Below, piece by piece: positions 35,533 to 46,770 of a DNA stretch of 64,000 nucleotides. The stretch covers positions 1-64,000 of the forward strand of contig DF237352.1 of assembly GCA_000708835.1 (NCBI GenBank). Direction: 5' to 3'. The notes under the pieces were generated by a model. The model did no database searches, was not told the origin of the DNA, and was given only the letters and a program-made list of their open reading frames with translations. This DNA comes from Klebsormidium nitens (Eukaryota > Plantae > Klebsormidiophyceae). A program made the position numbers and the translations under genes. Numbering within the stretch: position 1 is the stretch's first letter; every line of letters begins with the position of its first letter.

Positions 35533-36812
35533 TTACATCAGATTCCGAACAAGGATTGAGGTAGCTGCAGTGACACTTCCTCCGAAAAGCGCTCCGCCTA
35601 AACACGACCTGGAAGCTTGACGAAGGGATTCGGGCCAGGACTTGGGCGTTAAGCGGCGGGAATCCTTTATGTCTGGACCTTCAATAAGGCGGCCTGCAAG
35701 GGGGAAGGCTGCTCCCATTATGCCGCCCGCAAGCGCACCTCTCAAAATCAAAAGTAGAGCTTTCTGCACGGCGGGTTGAACAGAAGTCGAGTTAGAAAAT
35801 TCGAACAGAGACTTCTAGAATGAATTGAAACAGTATCAGGAAAAGCAGACATAATCAAGCATGTGGTGAATAGTCAGTGGGCTAGTGAGTTGCCTACTTA
35901 AACAATCACTAAAGATTGGGACTGCTGGTCAAAGTCTGAGGTCAAACGGACACTCTCTTTTCTGTTGATATGCTTGGGGAACCTCTTCGTAGGAGTTTCT
36001 TGATATGTTATTTAGTGACTAGGGCTTGTGGTCGTTTGATTTGGGATTCAACGTCCAACCTTCGTAGAAGCAAACATTTCGAACAAGGTACGAAATAAAC
36101 TGCTGACCCAATACAGTCAACTGAATATTTTGTGATGACTGTTGACAGTAACGAGGTACGAGGCAAGCACTCTTCGCCACTGCTGGCACCCTGCTGAAGG
36201 TGGGAACGACGCCCCTTCAAAGTATTACAAGATCCGGGCTGGAAAGAGAGAGCCTAGTAGTCCTCCATCAAGACCGTGACTAATTATTGCTCTCGACTAG
36301 TCGCGGCTGGAACACTTGCAGAACGTTCCATACATACAAAGGTGTCTTTGTTCAAGTAACGGAGATATATACAACTTCCAAGTGCAGCTTGACAATGATC
36401 CTTCAGAACTCATGCTGCTGAAACCAACAAACCAACGGGGGTTTTCATTTTTAATCTCCTGTATCTGAACCGCTTTTCGAGGCTATTAGCTTGCTCATAC
36501 AAATCAAAGTCGACCATTATTGCTTCGATCAACGTATTTTGTTTGCCTTGACCCCGCCTTTACGGTCTAATGAAGGAACTGAATTTTCGTGGGCAGTCTA
36601 AATCTTTCGAGTATCATTCATTTCTATGGTGGGTCTTACCTGCTGACAGGTTTTGTTCAGGTGTCTGTCACATGGGCGATTACGAGCAGAGTGGAAGGAG
36701 TCCCCAAGTGTAATATTGCTTAGTGAGTCGACTGCTGAGCATCTACTGCCGCTCCTGACTTTGACGGACATCTATTTTGTCGAGGGCTTACCTGATACGA
36801 TTCGTCCCCCAT
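35533..36812 (-). CDS. Small membrane protein paralog B (83 aa; ancestral start apparently ACG)
   Basis: Exon 36812-36792 (MGDESYQ|GTAAG; in-frame ACG at 36836 at the homologous start position) plus exon 35763-35533 (231 nt). Confidence 0.6.
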
Positions 36813-37849
36813 TTTGCTCACTTGGGCGCTCCTCGTGTTTGATTTTCCTGGGAGCCTCTTCAGCACGTACTGCCGCCCCTTCTTGGTATCCAGGTAGCCG
36901 GTGGTCTGGTTCAGTGATGAGCTTGCGCCCTGCTTGCGCTCGGCCCGTCCTCTAAGTTGTCACAATGACGAAGGAACGAAGTTTTGTTGACAAGCCGTGA
37001 TTGCCACTCTCCGTATATCTCATCCGCCGTCGGCGCCGCGCCGTGCGCCGGCCGCGGCCGCAGGATGATTTGGCGGCCAGGGTTTGGGCGAGCAGGGGTT
37101 TGGTCTGGCCATCGCGGGGGCAGGCCGGCCGCGCTGGTTGTGACGGGCCGCAGCTAATAGCTAGCTGCGGCCGGCAAGCCGCGTCGGCCTGCAAGGAAGG
37201 GGGGTTGACGAACTCCGAAATCCTGGTGTGTTTTGCTATGAGATGCTTATTATAGTACCAGTCGCAAAATCTTTCGGGTACGCTAGTCGCTTTAGATCCT
37301 CAAGGAATCGGCAGGGCCATGCAATGTTTGCGGTAACCTATATGATTACCGTAGCAGCAATGCTACGGGGCAGCAAATTCAAACGTCTCCTGGACTTTCA
37401 TTTCGAAAACCTTAGAGCCCACCGGGCGCGCACGCATGAGTAGGAGAAGAGTGCGGAAAAAGCTGCCAAAGATTCAAGGCCAGCAGATCGAGAATCTTGA
37501 AAGTCCGGCCGGCAGCTCGGGGCGCGCGGCCCATCAGAATTTTGTTCGTGAAGTCCGTCGCTCGACGTGATAGTCTATCGATTCCGAAGCTTCAACAAGA
37601 ATTGTCAGAGGCGATCGCAGATCCTTGTTATCGTTCTCAGATCGAGTCGCAAAAACTGCCCTGTTGGACACGCGTAGTACGGCCGCACTTCCGGAAGCTC
37701 AATGTCAACTTTCCAGTTGCGCCCACGAAAGGGCCGCTCACAAATAGCACCGGTAACGCTTCCAGGATTTGCAGCTTAGTACAAATGGCAGGGTGACGGT
37801 TCCGGAAGATTTTTCTGTGGCCAGTGAGAGCACCGCACAAAAGTCCTAG

Positions 37850-38580
37850 CAATTATGCGTCAACCTTTGTAGATCAATGTAAGATGTGCGTCTGTTTGTT
37901 GACAGTCTATGGAGCTCACTCAAGTGTGGCGCTCGTACCGGGCCAGCCCTCACCATAATGTAATCATGTATCAACGTACGACTTGCTTGGGATTATGGTC
38001 GTAGCAGAAGACTCCTACCGTTGGAAACGAGAACACGAGTTATCAGCCCTCGAATATGGATCGGTTAGGATAAACCAATGCCGAGTCTGATTTGCAGGAC
38101 GGGCGCAGGAGTTTCGAAGCGTCGCAGCTGCTTCGACAACAGATCAAACAGTGAAGGTGATCAGAGATCTGTGTTATCGCTGAAACGACTTTGCCTGCAT
38201 CGGCCTCGATTAGCTTGGAGAGCGGTGTGCAGTGCTAGAGCCTGGCCCGGTGATTCCGGCCCAGTAATGTCCAGTATTGAATCGAGCATGTCAGACATAT
38301 CATTCTTTGGCTCGAAGATGAATCACAAGACCAACATATAGTACGGTAAGCCCTTGCAAAACCTGTGTCTTACCCATTCCTCAAAAGCCTAGGGACACTC
38401 ATGGTGCACCGGTTCTCTTCGGTCAAGGTTTTAGAACGTCGTTAAATCACTGGACAGATCGTTTGGTCGATCAAACGTCCGAAGCAAGTCTTACAAACAT
38501 AAATTGCATACCTCCTGATTGACCTGATCTGTCAAAGCTTCTACCGGACGAGGCTAAGCCTGCTTCTCGCGTCAGCGAAC
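37850..38580 (-). repeat. Partial copy of the repeated block
   Basis: gtaccgggccagccct and cgacttgcttgggatt are shared with 41830-41895; gattgacctgat is shared with 20048 and 32944. Confidence 0.6.
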
Positions 38581-38722
38581 TGGGCTAACGTTAGAACTCA
38601 ATAATGGACAGTTTAAATCGACCGCCTACATTACAAGAAGCATCCGACAACTAAAGCAAACACTCCGTCGAAAACGAGCTAGCGTCTCCCGGTCTTTGCG
38701 GTGGATTGACAAACTTCCAGAG

Positions 38723-39862
38723 TCAAGCCAAAATGATCATCGCAAAACCTGCAGTGAGACCTCCCGTTAAAACCGCTCCGCCTGAAGCGGCCCTGGCAGC
38801 TAGACGAAGGGTGTCGGGCCAGGACACGGGCGTTGTGCGGTATTCCGAATTCGTTACACTTTCTGGACCTTCGAGGATGCGGCCTGCGATGGGGAGGGTC
38901 GCCCACATGACCCCGGTCCCGAGCGCGACTTTCAAGATAGGGGAGAGAACACTCTGCATGGTAAATTCAGGAAGAGCGGAATCAATAGCCTGGAGGAGGC
39001 ACTTCTGAGACGAAAAGTATCAGAAAATCACAGCTGATCAAGCGTATACGAAGCGCGCGCGGTAATCTCAAAGCTGGCAAGCATTGAGGCTTATTTACCA
39101 TTGAGACTGCTGGCTACGTCTCGAGGCAATGAGACTGCTGGCTACGTTCTGGACTAAGGGCGACCTTTTCTTGGTTGGAGCGAAACCTTGCTGTGAAAGG
39201 TTCTGGATACGTTATCACTGACTAAGATTTTAAACGATTCGACTAGGTTCCAACGTCCAGAGTGGTAAAACCAACACTCGCCAACACGCAAACAGTCAAG
39301 CGCTTTTCGTGGCTTTGTTTACTTGTTATACCTGCTAGACCGTTTGCCCAACGTACAAAAAAAACAGGTGCCCTTGTTCAAGTAACGTGGTTTTGACTTC
39401 AAATTGTGAGATTGACTTGCTGGTTGGCATCTTCTTCATCCAGTTGCTTTGACGTTGATGAACGACCGATTTTCTTTTTGTCCCTGTGTCTGGGTCATTG
39501 AACCGATGCTATCTTGCTCCAGAAGAAAATTCAAAGTGCTTGAACAAACTTTGAGCGGGTCAGAGTTGACAACGGCTGGGTCTCTAGTCTGAGATTACAG
39601 TTAGCTCTGCCATCCGGTATCGGCTTGTTCGATGGCTCTTCCTTGCGAGGAAGTTTTGTTCAGCTGTCCCTTGATGTTCTCAATCAAGAGCAGACCGTGA
39701 TTTTCGTTCATCCCTCAGAATAAAACAGCTACTGTTTACCAGCAATCAGCCGCTGTATGTGATTATTGTCTCCTGACATCAAGTGCTTACCTCAGAAATC
39801 TTGAGCACCATGCTCCGAGACGCAGGCGCGTTCGCCATTGTGTTGACCACTTGGCTGCTCAT
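38723..39862 (-). CDS. Small membrane protein paralog C (100 aa)
   Basis: Exon 39862-39791 (MSSQVVNTMANAPASRSMVLKISE|GTAAG) plus exon 38953-38723 (231 nt). Confidence 0.7.
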
Positions 39863-40125
39863 GATTACTGATTTCCTGGGAGCGTCTCTACAGCCTCTTC
39901 TTGATGTTCACCAAGCTGGCTCTGTCACTCTTCTGAGCTTGCGTCCGGGAAAAGCTTCTCGTGAAATGTTGCGTGAATTTGACGAAGGCGGCTGACTTCT
40001 CACATTGTATAGGCTGTGATGGGAGTGGTGAAGATCATCTGCTTATACGTTCAAGCGGGGAAGGCCGCATATCCCGTCCCCCGCGGGCGCCGCACCACGC
40101 GGCGCCGGCCGGGGGGGCCTCGCGG

Positions 40126-40679
40126 NNNNNNNNNNNNNNNNNNNNNNNNNNNNNNNNNNNNNNNNNNNNNNNNNNNNNNNNNNNNNNNNNNNNNNNNNNN
40201 NNNNNNNNNNNNNNNNNNNNNNNNNNNNNNNNNNNNNNNNNNNNNNNNNNNNNNNNNNNNNNNNNNNNNNNNNNNNNNNNNNNNNNNNNNNNNNNNNNNN
40301 NNNNNNNNNNNNNNNNNNNNNNNNNNNNNNNNNNNNNNNNNNNNNNNNNNNNNNNNNNNNNNNNNNNNNNNNNNNNNNNNNNNNNNNNNNNNNNNNNNNN
40401 NNNNNNNNNNNNNNNNNNNNNNNNNNNNNNNNNNNNNNNNNNNNNNNNNNNNNNNNNNNNNNNNNNNNNNNNNNNNNNNNNNNNNNNNNNNNNNNNNNNN
40501 NNNNNNNNNNNNNNNNNNNNNNNNNNNNNNNNNNNNNNNNNNNNNNNNNNNNNNNNNNNNNNNNNNNNNNNNNNNNNNNNNNNNNNNNNNNNNNNNNNNN
40601 NNNNNNNNNNNNNNNNNNNNNNNNNNNNNNNNNNNNNNNNNNNNNNNNNNNNNNNNNNNNNNNNNNNNNNNNNNNNNNN
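40126..40679. other. Assembly gap (N run) inside a GC-rich island
   Basis: Run of N. Confidence 1.
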
Positions 40680-41749
40680 GGCCGGCCGCCAGGGTTTGGG
40701 TGAGCAGGGCCGGGGTTTAGACCGGACTGTCTGCGCTGGCATGGCTTTCGGGGCAGGCCGGCCGCGCCACGTGCTGATTACTGGGCGGCCGCGGCCGCAC
40801 TGAGTCAACGGCTGCAGTGTGGGGGCCGCCCGGCCGGCCCCGTTTGGCTGCGCCGCACTCAGGGAAAGGGGTTTGAGACAGCAAAAACTTGCAAAGATTT
40901 TGATGATGAACCTCGGTACCGGTATGAGATCCTGATCTGAGTTGCAGGGACCTTCGAATAAGCTAAGTCGCTCTGCATTCCAAATTCCCAATTGCCACCG
41001 GGCCAGCCAATTTGCGGTGTAAGCAGCAACGTCTCTGAAGACTTCGCTTCGAAAGTCCAGAGCCTGGCATCCTGCAGCTTTTGCAGCATAAGCACAGTGA
41101 GGAGCACAGGGTTTTTTTGGCGGTTAACCATAGTCGGTTATGGGCTGGTTCGAAGCTGGTCAACTGTACAATGACCAGACTCGAGCAGTGACCGGGTTCT
41201 TAACATGGCTATAATGCGGTTATTGGTCAAAGAGCCAGACTGCAGATTGGTTAGCGAACCTGGTTAGCAGCCAAACCTTCCCTGTGGAGGAAGCTGCGAA
41301 AGATTGAAGGCCATCCATCGATTAACCTGAAAGACAGGCCGGCAGCTTCAGGGTGCGCGACGGTGGCCCATCAAGTCTTGAGTTACCAGTTGCAGATTCA
41401 TAAGTTAGTCCGTCACTTGACGTCAACGTATAACGACCTCAAGTGTGCAGACGTATGACGACCTGCAGCCGCTCTGCGCGCGGCCCTTGGACGCGGCCGC
41501 CCTCTCGCGTACGCTCTCGAAAGCACATGTTCAATATGCTTCAAAGGCGCCCACGTCGAATCCGGCCCGCTACTATAGCTGTGAGCTCCAGCAACGCTAT
41601 CGATTCTAAAGTGCAAGGTGGCAAGCTGCAGCAGAGGAAATCAAAAGTGCCTAGTGGGTTCAAGGATTCCTTCTCATGCGAAAGCAGCCCAACGAAACTG
41701 TGAGCTTAAAGTTTAGAGCGTCAGCCTTCGTAATCTGATTCAATAATAG

Positions 41750-43950
41750 GTAGCATGTACGTTTGGCCGACACAACATGTACCATGTACGTTTGTCTCTT
41801 TATCTGTGGGGCCATTCAGGCGCGGCGAGCGTACCGGGCCAGCCCTGATCATTGTCATCAACGGTCATACCGGTGCGACTTGCTTGGGATTCTGGTTACC
41901 AGTGGAGTCGAAGATCCGGCCCGCACTTGGAAACGAGACCAGGCCGCACCGTGGGATCAGCCCTGGAGATGGATCTGTCGGGATAATCAACGTAGAGTTT
42001 GATTTGGATCGGACCTGCTTGAGCGGACGTACTGCTACGCCTGTGTTTTGAGGTGTCTTGCTACGACGCCCTGATTTGCTATCAATAAAAATTCTCTGTG
42101 CACTTGGTCTAATTGAAGGGGATAACCAGAGAGTTTGGGCTCTGGATATTGAGCCATCTGGGCAAGTTGAAGAAATTGAAGATTGAAGAAATTGCTATGT
42201 CACATGCAACTGCACTTTTGGTGCAATTGGCGAGGTGAACATTTCCGAAGTGTTCACTCATTTCAAACGTGCACCCCTTGGCCGCGCCGAAGGTTAGCAA
42301 CGAAGACGCGATGTATTCCTGGTTTACGTTTCGTGCTTCGATGTCGCTGTTCGGATTAAACAAGCCCAATACCGTTCCGTAAGCTGGAAGCAGAAGCTGG
42401 CGACGCCCTCCGGCGCAGTACCCACGGATAAGATGCAAACGGATAAGATGCTCGTTAGATTCGCTTCCTTTGACAGGACTTCGGACTGTTTGAGTTTAGG
42501 GAACAAAACGAGTCGGCTGTTTTATGTTTCCGAATACGTACTGAAGGCAAATTCATCACTGTTTTGAATCCGGAAAGGTGCTTCGCCTGCGGCTTGAGTA
42601 TCGATGGTGATGGTAGGCCTAAAATGGGCACGGAGGCAAAAGAAAGATGATAACGAAGTCGGACAGGGGACAAGTAAAATTTAAGTTGGAGTGCGAGATA
42701 TAAGTCGAACTAAAACTTAGCTTCGAATATTTGGATCTGCTCGAACATTCTGCTGCTCCGCGCCGAACACTGGACAAAAGAGATCTAGAACATGATGTTG
42801 AAACCATCCTAAGCGGAAATCTAGGTACGATTGGAGACGCCCCACCGGCATAGGTTGAGCCGTTGGCAGATCTTCGCATTCTCGCTCACACTCTTAAGAG
42901 CCTTTCTGCAGAGCTCCCTTGGTCGTCCGCCGGCCGCCGCTTCCGACGGGCCGCCCGCGGGTGCCAGGAGCGCCGCCCATAGCTTTATCCTACTCAGCCA
43001 GCCACTCATACTCGCCGATGTAAGCAGATTTTTCTGGGGAAAGCGAACCTGTGCTGCTCCGTCCCCAGACCCGAAGCCACATCAGCTGCTGACGTGGAAA
43101 CGCCGACCACGACGTGAAAGATGACGTAAACTTCGCCCCGGCTGTTGCGGTCCTTGGATTACCTTTTCAGCGGGCCGGCCACACGCGGTCGGTCGCCCTT
43201 CGCTTCATTGCACAGCGGCTGGAGACGTGACTACTGTGACTCGATTAAGAGAAAGCCTTTGGCCATTATCCTGTCTGAGACTTGGTTTATTTCCCTCGTC
43301 TGGACTCGGTCCCAGTCCCTAGCTCGAGCCAACTCTGATAGGTGTAACTGATCTGACAATGTCCGAAGTAAGTGGGAACGCCGTCGGGAAATGAGATTGA
43401 GCCGCAGAGTGTACTGCAGAATTGATTTGAAAAAAGTGATGGCGCGTGCACGTCATTTAGGAAAGGCAGACTTTAAAGCGACGAGCAGGTTTTTGAGACG
43501 GATCAGACCGGAACCAGACAAGAGCTTTCTCTGGGTGAACTCTGATGAGCATCACCGGCTCCGCTAATGCTCGGTGTCAGAGCAAGTAAGGCGTGCTACA
43601 CATCTATCATCTGCTCGAAGAGCAATTGCGAGGCCATCATGTACGGATTCAGAAGCCCCTGCGAACTGCGCACGTTCGCTCTTGAAACCACATTAACATC
43701 GAATCAACGTGCACCGTTTCCACCGGGTCACATATGCAGAGCTGCGGTACAACATTTCCTTAGTAGACAGAGCATTTGCGTCGGTCGCATTTGGTAACAC
43801 AATCTCCAAATCATGCCACTCGTAGCTCCTGGTTGAGGAGGGGGCACTGCTTCTCGCTTTGCCACTCTTGCCACTCTTGATTGTCGAAACTCAACTTAAA
43901 ACGAAAGTTGACCGTTTCTCTTTTCTAATCAAAGATTCAAGCAGCTGTGG
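41750..43950 (-). pseudogene. Most complete copy of the repeated block, with fragmented ORFs of unknown identity
   Basis: Homologous to 19650-21300 and 32610-33000. ORF pieces 43009-42821, 42879-42619 and 42438-42109 do not join cleanly. Confidence 0.5.
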
Positions 43951-44023
43951 AGCATCCAAAAAACGAGGGCAAAGTGTCCGTCGAATACGAGCTAGCGTCT
44001 CCCTTTTTGTGAATGAAGCCTTT

Positions 44024-45333
44024 CTAACAAAAACCAAGCACAAAGACCGTGGAAGCTGCACTGCAACTTCCCAAGAAAACCGCGCCGCTTGAGCCCATCC
44101 TTGAAGCTAGACGAAAAGTGTCAGGCCAGGACTCGGGCGTTGTGCAGTACTCCGTTGAACCTTTTGGACCTTCGAGAAGGCGGCCTGCAATAGGCCAGGC
44201 CGCTCCTACGATCCCGCCCGCAAGCGCAGTTCCCAAGATTGGGGCTACAAGAACCTGCATGGCGGTGCCAAAAACAGCGGAATGAGAAACTTGGAGGAGG
44301 CACCTCAGAAATGAAGGACTTATCGGGCGAAAAAAGCACAGCTGAACCCGCCTACGGTGTAAGTACTATTATTAAGCTGGCAAGAGTTAGATGCTCTGTA
44401 CCTCGAATAAACCGCTAGTCAAGACTTGGGGTCGATCGAACGCGATAACGTCAAGGTAGTCTAGCTGGGAGCGATGTGAAAGCAGCCAGACACAAGTTGT
44501 GTACTTCGCGTTGACTTGCAGGGGACTTACGGAATATCGTGCAAATTGGATTTACAGATTAGTTGACATTCAAATTAATTAAAGTGGTAGAAGCAACGAT
44601 TACCAACAGAGTTGAGCACAACTGCTGACCCAGCGAAAGGCAGGATCTTCCGTGCGGCCAATAATACTAGCCACTGGTTTCCGCTGCTGGCACACTGCGG
44701 AAACTTGGGACTTTAGCTCATGCCAAGGCTGTCACGAGCACCGGGCTGGAAACGCCATTAACATTATGTAAGACTAGCTGATGCCCTCTACCAGTGATAT
44801 CGTCGCCGCTGGAACATGCGGTAAGAGTACACGGCACTCTAGAACAGGTGCCTACTTTTCTGGGTAACGTGAGTTGAGCCCTTCACCGCTGCGTGGATCT
44901 TCGTGATTCAAGCCGCTACCTTCCTGAAACATATTGACCGCTTTCTTCACTAACATTCTTGTGTTTAAGTCGCTTGAACCGAGGCTTCTTGCTTGAACAG
45001 TCTACTTGACGTGCTTGAACAAACTTAACGATCCTGGTTTCAAGTGGATCACATGCTGGAACTTCAATCAAATCACGAAGGCCTTGGTTTATAGGACCCA
45101 TTCATGATGACTATGATGGGTCTTTCAGCAGCCTGCTGGAATGTTGTCGTTCATCTGTCGGACAAGCTGACTGTCATTCTTGTTCAACTGTGCTTAAGGC
45201 AGCTACAGGTTGATATTGGCCGCCGCTCCTAAGCCTGACGGAAACCTCCAGTGCAAGTGCTTACCTTGAATGCTAATCTGAGCACCGAGCCCGCAGTGGC
45301 GCTCCTGGCCACTGTGCTTACTTGATTGCTCAT
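44024..45333 (-). CDS. Small membrane protein paralog D (99 aa)
   Basis: Exon 45333-45265 (MSNQVSTVARSATAGSVLRLAFK|GTAAG) plus exon 44254-44024 (231 nt). Confidence 0.7.
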
Positions 45334-46770
45334 AGTTGATTTCGTGGGGGCCACTCCACCGCCTCTTCAAGTTCTTGATATCAAGCTCGCTGATTCTAAG
45401 AGTTTGCTGAGCTTGCGCCGGCTCAGACTGAGATAGCTCCTCGTCACACTTACAAAGCCGGTTGACTTGTTCGTTCAACGTTCAGAGAAAGTCGCGGTCG
45501 CGTATCTCGTCGGCCGCGCCGCGGCGCCACGCTTCGGCGGGCAGGGTTTGGCGGAACGATTGGCAGAGGTTTGGTCGCGCGCCATCGGGGCAGGCCCGGC
45601 CCGGCTGCGTCGGGCTGCGCCGCACTCGGGTCGAAGGGGGTAATTGTCGGAATTTGGAAACGGCAAGAACTTCAAGTTCAAGGCATGCAATCTTAACGTC
45701 GGAGTCGCAGACACTTTTGCGAATGATGAGTCTCTTTGGATCCGAAGGAAAGCTGCAAACGATATTCAAGATCTGGCATCCAATCAAGAATTAGTTAGCT
45801 AGACGACCGGAGGGGAGCTTCAATTACGACTAGGTGCGTACGTGCGAGCAGAATCGAGTTCAGATCGAAAGCTTTTTCAACAATGACGTCCGCTGGATCT
45901 GATGTCACCATGCAGGAAGACGACCTCAAAGCGTAATTAGTAAAAGAATCAAAGGGTAGCTCGCGATTGGAGAGCAACAAATCTCATGATGTACTGGACC
46001 TCGAAATTGACTCATGCAATTGCCTCATGGCAAACTGCAATGCGCGCTCCGCGCACAACCGGCGTTCGCCGTGGCAGCACTATATCGAGGAAGTACTAAG
46101 GCACATGCTGAGCCCGAATATGCTTTGAGTCGTTGCGCAAACGGCCCTAGCTGCTCACATGCAAAGCCTGCGCTAGCAGATAGCGATCCGACATGCGACC
46201 GTCGCTAACAGAAAACTACACCGGAGGATAAAGTCATGCAAGCTAGTGCCTGGGCGTGACGGTAAAGATACGTCGTCGAACGTGCTCACTTATACACAGA
46301 TAACATACATGCAATCGACCTCACCAGGCAGGTTCTTACAGGCAGCGCGCAGCGGCCTTGACTCAAGCTTTCTGCACGCCTAGATTATATCCACTACATA
46401 ACTATCGCCCGCCACATTTTTGCTGTGTCAGCCTCATGCAAGCACTAGTAACTTGAACTGGTCCGGAAGTATGTCCAGCCCAACTGGAAGATAAGGGCAC
46501 GGCCAACAAGTAATCGGGGTTCCTCCTTCTGGATAGTTGAGGCCGATGATCACTCACAATAGGTCGCGATCGGTGAGGATCATCAAGAGAGCAAAAGATT
46601 CTTCGTGCAATTGTCGCGCATTGTGCGCAATCCTTCGATGCCCGATCTGGCTTTGGCCAATTTGGCCCATGGCATGGCCTGTGATACTCCTGTCCTAACA
46701 AGGCCTGGCTAATCAGAGTCAACACATTTAAGCACCGTAGCAACTCGAGAGGTCAGCAACTCGTCCCTTG

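Noticed and set aside
39961-40991. Long ORFs of 234-318 aa
   Set aside because: Artefacts of reading through the N gap.
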